NCBI GenBank assembly: GCA_947088515.1
Contig: CAMUHA010000001.1
Location: 2,300-66,299 of the forward strand
Length of the DNA stretch: 64,000 nucleotides
Direction of reading: 5' to 3'
From: an uncultured bacterium
Lineage (GTDB): Bacteria > Bacillota > Clostridia > Lachnospirales > Lachnospiraceae
A model generated the notes under the pieces. The model did no database searches and was not told the origin of the DNA. It saw only the letters and a list, made by a program, of their open reading frames with translations. The position numbers and the translations under genes were made by a program. How positions within the stretch are numbered: the stretch's first letter is position 1; every line of letters begins with the position of its first letter. This document shows positions 57,196-64,000 of the stretch, piece by piece.

Positions 57196-58293
57196 ATGGC
57201 AAAAACGATTGCGCTTTATATCAGTAGTCTGACAAAGGGAGGAGCCGAGCGGGTGATTGCCAATCTTGCCGGATACTTTTTTAGGGAAAGATACAAGGTA
57301 GTTCTGGTAACTACAAGAAAGGCACAAGAGGAATACCAAATCCCGGAAGGCATTATCAGACGGATTTCAGAGCCGGAGGAAAAAGAGCTTGAAGGCGGCA
57401 GAATCAGAAATTTTGTCAGGCGGTATCAAAAGCTTCGCGCTATATGGAAAGAGGAAAAACCGGATGTAATTTTGTCGTTTATCGGCAAAAATAATATGAT
57501 GGCAATTTTAACATCTGCAGGGCTTGGAATTCCCGTGGCGGTTTCTGTAAGGGGAATGCCAAAGGAGGAATACTACAGCAGAGGAATGCGCCTTATGGCA
57601 AGGTGGCTTTTTGGCTTTGCCGCAGGTGTTATTTTGCAGACAAGGGAATGTTTTTCCTTTTTCCCCCAAAGGGTACAAAAAAAAGCAGTGATACTTAAGA
57701 ATCCAGTGAACCAGGTATTTTTCAGGGAAAGATTTCAGGGCGTGCGGGATAAAACAATTGTGGCAGTGGGCAGAATAGATGAAAATAAAAACCAGAAGCT
57801 GCTTGTGGATGCCTTTATGCAGATAGGAGATGAATTTCCCGGATATAAGCTTATTATTTATGGGGAAGGTGAAATGCGCAGAGAACTGCAGGAATATAGC
57901 AACAGTCTGGGAATGGAGGAGCGGATTCTTTGGCCCGGCAATGTGGAGCAGGTGGCAGATGCCATTTATAAGGCACGTGTCTTTGTGCTTCCATCCAATA
58001 CAGAAGGGATGCCAAATACATTGATTGAGGCAATGCTTTTAGGGCTTACAGTTATTTCTACGGACTGTCCCTGCGGCGGACCTGCGGATTTGATTGTGCA
58101 CGGAACAAATGGTCTATTGACGCCTGTGGGAGATGTGGAAAAGATGAAGGAGAGCTTGCAGATGGTGTTGGGAGATGAAGAGAGAGCTGATAAAATGGGA
58201 AAGGAAGCGGCAAAAATAAGGGAGGTGTTTGCTGAAGAAACCGTTTATGGAAGCTGGAAAAACTATCTGGAAGGTTTAACAAAAAAGAGTTAA
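57196..58293 (+). CDS. GT4 glycosyltransferase (paralogue of the preceding gene)
   Basis: GGAERV, VGRIDENKN and SNTEGMPNTLIEA motifs. Confidence 0.87.
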   Translation: MAKTIALYISSLTKGGAERVIANLAGYFFRERYKVVLVTTRKAQEEYQIPEGIIRRISEPEEKELEGGRIRNFVRRYQKLRAIWKEEKPDVILSFIGKNNMMAILTSAGLGIPVAVSVRGMPKEEYYSRGMRLMARWLFGFAAGVILQTRECFSFFPQRVQKKAVILKNPVNQVFFRERFQGVRDKTIVAVGRIDENKNQKLLVDAFMQIGDEFPGYKLIIYGEGEMRRELQEYSNSLGMEERILWPGNVEQVADAIYKARVFVLPSNTEGMPNTLIEAMLLGLTVISTDCPCGGPADLIVHGTNGLLTPVGDVEKMKESLQMVLGDEERADKMGKEAAKIREVFAEETVYGSWKNYLEGLTKKS

Positions 58294-58296
58294 TAC

Positions 58297-58426
58297 GGGA
58301 GATTACGGAACTGGAAACAGTAATCTCCCGGTCAGATGCCCAGAGAAAAAACTGTATGAGAAGCAGACAGGATTTTCTCTGCAGGTTATGGTATCTGAAA
58401 GGGAGATTACGGAACTGAAATAGGAG
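58297..58426 (+). repeat. Structured repeat family 1: one full copy preceded by the 3' end of another
   Basis: 17-bp direct repeat gggagattacggaactg (58297-58313 and 58401-58417); three nested stems; ends AAATAGGAG before ATG 58434. Confidence 0.85.
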
Positions 58427-58433
58427 AGAAAAA

Positions 58434-60311
58434 ATGTGTGGAATAGCCGGTTTTTGCAATTTTCGTGGGAAGGCACGGGAAAATATTGAGCGTATGAAGG
58501 AGCGTATGCGTCACAGGGGACCAGATGCGGGTGGCACGTATTTATCGGAGGATGGGAATGTGGTATTAGGCCACCGCCGTCTTTCAATTGTGGACTTATC
58601 CGAAAATGGCTCACAGCCTATGACTTCCCACAGCGGCCGGTTTGTGATTGCATATAATGGTGAAATTTATAATTATAAAAAGCTGGCGGACAAGCTTCTT
58701 ATGGATGGAAAGGTAAATGCTTTTAGGGGAACCTCGGACACAGAGGTTTTGCTGGAAGCCTTTGAAGCCTATGGGGTCAGGGAAGCTATTTCACTTTGCA
58801 AAGGGATGTTTGCCATTGCGCTGTATGATAAAAAGGAACAGGCATTGTACCTGCTCCGGGACAGGGTGGGAGAAAAGCCTTTATATTATGGTATGGTCAA
58901 CGGCAGCTTTGTATTTGCCTCGGATATAGGATGTATTTCGGTATTGGATGGATTTTGCAATGAGATAAACAGGTCTGTGCTGGACTTATATTTTGTGCAT
59001 GGCTATATTCCTGCCCCTTATTCTGTTTATGAAGGCATTTACAAATTAGAGCCTGGTACAATTCTCAAAATAAAGGCTCCGTTTAAGGAATGGGAGACAG
59101 AATGCTACTGGTCTATGAAGGAAGTGGCTTATCAGGGACAGAACAATTTGTTTACAGGAACAAAAGAGGAAGCGGCGGACGAACTGGAGAGACTTCTTAA
59201 AGCCTCCATTGCGGAGCAGATGGTAGCGGATGTGCCAGTAGGCGCTTTCCTTTCAGCTGGTATTGACAGCAGTACTATTGTGGCATTGATGCAATCCCTT
59301 TATCCTGGAAAGGTAAAGAGCTTTACCATTGGTATGGAGGAAAAAGGTTACAATGAAGCTGTTTATGCAAAAGAGATAGCAGAGCGCTTAGGGACAGAAC
59401 ATACAGAGCTTTATATAACAGAAAAAGATGCAAGAGAAGTGATTCCAAAGCTGGGTTATATGTTTGGGGAACCTTTTGCGGACTCTTCCCAGATTCCCAC
59501 ATATCTTGTCAGCAAAATGACAAGAGAGCATGTGACAGTGTCCTTGAGCGGAGACGGAGGGGATGAGCTTTTCTGTGGATATACGACCTATGCCTCCATA
59601 GAACGGATATGGAATAAGATGAAAAGTATTCCATATGGTATCAGAAAACCGGTTGGGGAGTTAGCGCTTCACAGTCCCTTAAAAAATCATCCCATTTACA
59701 GAGTAAAGGGAAAACTTTTGGGGGCCAGGGGGCCTGCGGACTTATATATATGTTCCAATGAAACGGAGCCTTTAGCCAAAAAAATCAGTTTGACCCATAA
59801 GGAATGCAGTTATAAACACAGTGAGTATGAAAACGGATTTTTAAAGGAAACCAATCACAATATTATGCTGATGGATATGTTAATGTACCATCCAGATGAT
59901 ATTCTTGTAAAAGTTGACCGTGCGGCTATGGCAGTTTCCCTCGAAACAAGGGTTCCTATGTTAGACAAAGATGTGGTGGAGTTTGCCTGGCGGCTGCCTG
60001 TTGATTATAAACGGGGAGATGGAATAGGAAAAAAAGTACTTCGTCGTGTTCTTTACCGTTATGTGCCAAAACAAATGATGGAGCGTCCCAAAAAAGGATT
60101 CAGTATTCCTATTGACCAGTGGCTTCTGCAGAAGGATATGCGGGAGTGGGCGGAAAACCTGATAGACAGAAAAACACTGATAAACCAGGGGATACTAAAC
60201 GCTGATGTGGTAGGGAAAATATGGGAGGACTTTACCCAAAGGGGAGAGTGGAGAATACAAATCTGGTATATACTCATGTTCCAGCTGTGGATGACACAAA
60301 GAGGCGCATAG
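58434..60311 (+). CDS. asnB: Second asparagine synthase B-family amidotransferase
   Basis: MCGI, HRGPD, NGEIYN, LSAGIDSS and SGDGGDELF motifs. Confidence 0.88.
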   Translation: MCGIAGFCNFRGKARENIERMKERMRHRGPDAGGTYLSEDGNVVLGHRRLSIVDLSENGSQPMTSHSGRFVIAYNGEIYNYKKLADKLLMDGKVNAFRGTSDTEVLLEAFEAYGVREAISLCKGMFAIALYDKKEQALYLLRDRVGEKPLYYGMVNGSFVFASDIGCISVLDGFCNEINRSVLDLYFVHGYIPAPYSVYEGIYKLEPGTILKIKAPFKEWETECYWSMKEVAYQGQNNLFTGTKEEAADELERLLKASIAEQMVADVPVGAFLSAGIDSSTIVALMQSLYPGKVKSFTIGMEEKGYNEAVYAKEIAERLGTEHTELYITEKDAREVIPKLGYMFGEPFADSSQIPTYLVSKMTREHVTVSLSGDGGDELFCGYTTYASIERIWNKMKSIPYGIRKPVGELALHSPLKNHPIYRVKGKLLGARGPADLYICSNETEPLAKKISLTHKECSYKHSEYENGFLKETNHNIMLMDMLMYHPDDILVKVDRAAMAVSLETRVPMLDKDVVEFAWRLPVDYKRGDGIGKKVLRRVLYRYVPKQMMERPKKGFSIPIDQWLLQKDMREWAENLIDRKTLINQGILNADVVGKIWEDFTQRGEWRIQIWYILMFQLWMTQRGA

Positions 60312-60387
60312 TAACAACCAAATGGCGGGTGAAATAAAAAATAAATAATCTGAAAAGTGGAAAGATATTTGAGAGGAGTGGAAAACA

Positions 60388-60825
60388 ATGGTAATTGGAA
60401 TTTTTGGTGAGAGCTGTACAGGCAAAACCACCCTTGCAGACAAATTAAAAGAGAGCATAAATGCACAGGTTTATACTGGAAAGGATTATCTTCGTCTGGA
60501 AAAAAATGAAGCAGCTGCAAAGCAATCTTTCCAGACAAAGCTGCGTGAAGCGATAAACGGTGAGAATATCATCTATGTAATTTCGGAAAAAGAATGTTTG
60601 CCGCTTTTGCCTGATGGAAGTATTCGTGTTTTGGTAACAGCAGATTTGGAGGTTATAAAAACACGATTTGCGCAACGGCTGCATGGGAATCTGCCAGCGC
60701 CAGTAGCGGCTATGCTGGAAAGAAAGCATGGCAGCTTTGACATGGAACCCCATGACATCCATGTAATTTCTGAACATATGAACATTGACGAGGTATGCAG
60801 AAAGATTGCAGCCATGAACACCTAA
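60388..60825 (+). CDS. Small P-loop (nucleotide/shikimate kinase-like) protein
   Basis: Walker A GESCTGKTT at the N-terminus; GAGGAG RBS. Confidence 0.6.
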   Translation: MVIGIFGESCTGKTTLADKLKESINAQVYTGKDYLRLEKNEAAAKQSFQTKLREAINGENIIYVISEKECLPLLPDGSIRVLVTADLEVIKTRFAQRLHGNLPAPVAAMLERKHGSFDMEPHDIHVISEHMNIDEVCRKIAAMNT

Positions 60826-60931
60826 TGGGGTTTGCAACGGTATTATGCCTGCCTGTAAAAGTAAAATATTTTCTGCCGTTGCCTGCTTAACACTTCTTTA
60901 TACTGATTGTCAAGTGTGTAAAAAATAAATT

Positions 60932-62008
60932 TTATTTTATAAAAGGGTCTGCATAAATAGTGTCATAATCATAATTCAAATAAAAGGACCTTTCCTGATT
61001 CAGCTTATCTGCATAGTTTTCTTTTGTCACCAGTCCGGTTCCTTCATAGATCCACTGCAGAATAAGAGAATTGACTTCCGGAGAATAGTGTCCAATGTCA
61101 GAATAGTTGTCAGGATTGCATATAATATCATATTGGTCAAAAAAATCATACAGTTTTACATTAGGGCATTCCAACAATAGTTCCGCAGCGGCTTTTAGAG
61201 CGTCAAACTCTTTGTTTATGGCGCCTTTGATATGGGAGGCATCCCAGTGGCAGATGCTGTAGGGGGGATAAAAAATATAAAATGTAACGTCAGGGTACTT
61301 GTTTACTATGTCAACCAGATTTACCGTAATTGTTTTTGCCACCATACTGCGTTCTTTTTCCCCAAATTCGCTGCTTTCGTCTTTAGGAACATTATTTCTG
61401 TCATAGGAAGTTAAAATAACGTCCAGCCCTGTTTCCCTTTGCCATGAGGAATATTCGTCCATGGAGGTGCCAGGGGAACCGGATACAGACAAGGCAAGGC
61501 AGGGCAGTACCCCATGATACAGAATGGATTTGTTAAACAGGTATGCAACATCGTTTAAGGGGTTTTCGTCATAAAGATAAACGGGGTAATCCCCATACTG
61601 CTGCCAGTCGTGGGCACGGAGCAGGCCGTTGGAATCAAGTGCAAGTAAAACGGTGTGGAGGCTCTCATTTCTCTGAAGGGTGCGGCTTAGATTTTCTGCT
61701 ATCTCCTGATAGCCTGCCCCTGAAAAGGCTTCCTTTACAGAATGAGTGCCAAATAAGGCATCCATCTGGCTTGGCTTAAAGTTCTGGGCCATGGAGGTGC
61801 CTGTTATCAGGGCATCAAATTCAAAATGCCGGGAAATGCCGTCATTAATGTAACGCTCCTCATATAAACGGTAGGACAAAAAGGGAAGAGGCTTGTGATA
61901 ATGAAAATAAGGGTCAATAACTATCATTATAATAGCAGTGGCAGACAGCAATGTTGTTAAAATAAGTATACACTTTAAAAACCATTTTTTGGCAGATAAT
62001 TGTTCCAT
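60932..62008 (-). CDS. Membrane-anchored SGNH-like protein, probable partner of the MBOAT
   Basis: N-terminal TM followed by DP, ITGTSM (GxS nucleophile-like) and C-terminal DIGHY (DxxH). Confidence 0.65.
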   Translation of the reverse strand: MEQLSAKKWFLKCILILTTLLSATAIIMIVIDPYFHYHKPLPFLSYRLYEERYINDGISRHFEFDALITGTSMAQNFKPSQMDALFGTHSVKEAFSGAGYQEIAENLSRTLQRNESLHTVLLALDSNGLLRAHDWQQYGDYPVYLYDENPLNDVAYLFNKSILYHGVLPCLALSVSGSPGTSMDEYSSWQRETGLDVILTSYDRNNVPKDESSEFGEKERSMVAKTITVNLVDIVNKYPDVTFYIFYPPYSICHWDASHIKGAINKEFDALKAAAELLLECPNVKLYDFFDQYDIICNPDNYSDIGHYSPEVNSLILQWIYEGTGLVTKENYADKLNQERSFYLNYDYDTIYADPFIK

Positions 62009-62061
62009 TCTTATAACCATGCTCCTTTCCAAAGCCCGGAGAGTTTGTGCATCGCACAAAA

Positions 62062-62105
62062 CCTCCCGTATATCGCAGGCAATGCCTGCAGTACTGCATC
62101 AATAG
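62062..62105 (-). repeat. Family 2 repeat copy
   Basis: Minus strand ctattgatgcagtactgcaggcattgcctgcgatatacgggagg aligns with 36227-36271. Confidence 0.8.
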
Positions 62106-62180
62106 TTTTTCACCAAAAAATGACCTCATTTCTTCATAACATTTTCTCCATACTTTTGTTAGGCTTAAGAATAAATATAA

Positions 62181-63644
62181 TTAAAAGTTAAAATACAAAA
62201 ATTCACTAATTTCCGACAAGGACATAATACTCCAGAACATTAACATTACCACAACGAAAAGCTTCCGGTTTGTAAGTTTAAGACAGGCAGCCTTTTCCTG
62301 CGTGTTTTTCAAAGTCATGCAGGCAGTTAAGGAAAGGCAGGTAAATACGCTAAGCGGCAGCCAGGGGAATAATTCCATGATACCACCCAAACCGGCACGG
62401 TATAAAAAGCTGATTTCAATCAGGCTCTGGAATTTTTCTGTTACCGGCTGGTATATAGGGCCAAAGCCGCCGAAGAAAAGCTGGCGCCAGAGCAGCCTGG
62501 CGTCACTGATGGAATCGGCGCGGAACAGGCTCCAGGCAAAAGTGACCAGAAGAAAGGTGACGCATATCTTTACAGCTTTAGGGACTTTTAAAGCGGAAAT
62601 ATTGGTCAGTCTTTCAAATACCGATGCCATACCATGCAGGATGCCCCACAAAATGAAGGTCCAGTTTGCCCCATGCCAGAGTCCGCTGATAAGAAATACA
62701 AAAAAGACATTCAGACAGGTTCTTGCGTTTCCTTTACGGTTGCCGCCAAGGGGAATATATATATATTTTGTAAAAAATCTTGTGAGGGTCATATGCCATC
62801 TGTCCCAGAAATCGGAAATAGACTGTGCCTTATAAGGAGAATGAAAGTTTACAGGCAGTTTTACATTCAGCATATAGCCCATTCCATACGCCATATCACA
62901 GTATCCGCTGAAATCAAAATAAATCTGTAACGAGTAACAGACCATGATAAGAAAGGCGCTTGGGGTATTCAGCGCTCCAATGCTGCCATAACCGATAGTG
63001 ACTACTTTGGAAAAAGTATCGGCAACCAGTACTTTTTTGGCAAGTCCAAGGGAAAAGGCGTAAAGACCTTTACACATATTTTCGAAACAAATCCTGTGGT
63101 TTGCCTGATTGCGGAATTGGGGAATCAGTTCACTGTGATAGACAATAGGACCTGCAATCAGTTGTGGGAAAAAGGACACATAGGCGGCATACTCCCAAAA
63201 TCCGTAATCCCTGCATTCCCCACGATAGGAATCAACCACATAGGATAACTGCTGGAAGGTGTAAAAACTAATCCCTAAGGGCAGCATCAGCCGCAGCAGA
63301 GGAAGATTGGTTTTGCATAAAGCATTAATATTGTCTATAAAAAAATCGTAGTATTTAAAGTAAAACAGGATGCCAATATTGAGAAGTATTCCCAGGCAGA
63401 GAAGAAAACGTTTTATAATTATTTTTTTAGAAAACAAAATGAGGGCTGATATGCCGAAATTGAAAAAAATGCTTATAATAAGGATAAATAAATAATTAAT
63501 ATTATTGTATCCATAAAACCACAGGGACATGCCTGTCAGAAAAACAAGGGCGGTTTTATTGTGCCCTGCGTAATTTAAACCATAATAACCTATTAATACT
63601 AAAGGAAAAAATAAAAAAATAAAAATGTAGGAATTAAACAGCAT
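62181..63644 (-). CDS. MBOAT-family O-acyltransferase (AlgI/PatA/DltB-like)
   Basis: MLFNS, LPLGISFYTFQ, FPQLIAGPI, YFDFSGY, FWDRWHMTL, SGLWHG and FLYFNF motifs. Confidence 0.93.
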   Translation of the reverse strand: MLFNSYIFIFLFFPLVLIGYYGLNYAGHNKTALVFLTGMSLWFYGYNNINYLFILIISIFFNFGISALILFSKKIIIKRFLLCLGILLNIGILFYFKYYDFFIDNINALCKTNLPLLRLMLPLGISFYTFQQLSYVVDSYRGECRDYGFWEYAAYVSFFPQLIAGPIVYHSELIPQFRNQANHRICFENMCKGLYAFSLGLAKKVLVADTFSKVVTIGYGSIGALNTPSAFLIMVCYSLQIYFDFSGYCDMAYGMGYMLNVKLPVNFHSPYKAQSISDFWDRWHMTLTRFFTKYIYIPLGGNRKGNARTCLNVFFVFLISGLWHGANWTFILWGILHGMASVFERLTNISALKVPKAVKICVTFLLVTFAWSLFRADSISDARLLWRQLFFGGFGPIYQPVTEKFQSLIEISFLYRAGLGGIMELFPWLPLSVFTCLSLTACMTLKNTQEKAACLKLTNRKLFVVVMLMFWSIMSLSEISEFLYFNF

Positions 63645-63760
63645 GAATATTTCCTTTCAAAGTCTAAAGCCGCAGTATCAATGGACTTATTATAAGCCCC
63701 GTTATATTATTTGGCAATAATAATAAAAGTTTAGGCAGAAATTTAAAAATTCCCAGAAAG

Positions 63761-63789
63761 TTGTGAATAGTATAAAAATGTGATACAAT
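63761..63789 (+). promoter_or_regulatory. Putative sigmaA promoter with extended -10
   Basis: TTGTGA-17 bp-TACAAT preceded by TG. Confidence 0.55.
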
Positions 63790-63840
63790 AAAGAAATTTA
63801 TACAAGGCGCTAAAGGAAGATTTTTGACAGGAGGACGCTC

Positions 63841-64000
63841 ATGAATATAATCAGAATGTCCGGGGGGCTGGGAAATCAGATGTTTCAGTATGCGTTATAC
63901 ATGAAACTCTGTTCCATGGGAAAAGAAGTAAAATTTGATGACATAAATGAATACCGGGGAGAAGGAACACGCCCAATTATGCTTGCGCTGTTTGGAATTG
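63841..64000 (+). CDS. GT11 alpha-1,2-fucosyltransferase-like protein (partial, runs off the window)
   Basis: GGAGG RBS; translation MNIIRMSGGLGNQMFQYALY carries the GT11 GGLGNQMFQYA signature. Confidence 0.85.
   Translation, partial: MNIIRMSGGLGNQMFQYALYMKLCSMGKEVKFDDINEYRGEGTRPIMLALFGI

Noticed and set aside
58297..58417. Direct repeats as a mini CRISPR array
   Set aside because: Only two 17-bp repeats separated by 87 bp of self-complementary sequence; no cas genes
8199..62930. Numerous 60-230 aa ORFs overlapping the called genes on the opposite strand or in other frames
   Set aside because: Nested in well-supported CDSs and lacking RBS or family motifs; treated as shadow ORFs

Overview
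Probably a Clostridia (Lachnospiraceae-like) chromosome segment, inferred from gene content and the sigmaA/GGAGG signals. It has three parts. (1) 1-~8,100 is an AT-rich accessory island with a radical SAM/SPASM enzyme, a type-2 isoleucyl-tRNA synthetase paralogue with altered signature motifs (HHGT, KLSKS, no T-box leader) and a nucleoside-phosphorylase-fold gene. It is interspersed with IS5, IS630 and IS256 remnants and a MITE, and an orphan IS5 end marks its right edge. (2) ~8,200-20,500 holds core-type genes: xpaC-like/telA, glgP, a ThiF/TcdA-family gene, a PPK2 polyphosphate:AMP phosphotransferase, and an orphan histidine kinase with an ABC exporter. (3) ~20,560-64,000 is a surface-glycan locus of more than 43 kb. 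It contains pseF/decarboxylase/pseI/pseG, a sialyltransferase-like GT, a CotH kinase, a PglK-like ABC flippase, a wecE/GNAT/GT2/GT-C side-branch module, an O-antigen-ligase-like protein, pglF/E/C/A-like genes with an ATP-grasp ligase, wbpO/wbpP-like genes, GT4s, two asnB-like amidotransferases, an MBOAT/SGNH pair and a truncated GT11. Two families of short structured intergenic repeats occur. One of them (~9.4-9.6 kb twice, 33.1 kb, 58.3 kb) shows compensatory base-pairing and ends at the ribosome-binding site of the next gene. No rRNA, tRNA or CRISPR array was recognised. All calls come from reading motifs by eye; no searches were run.
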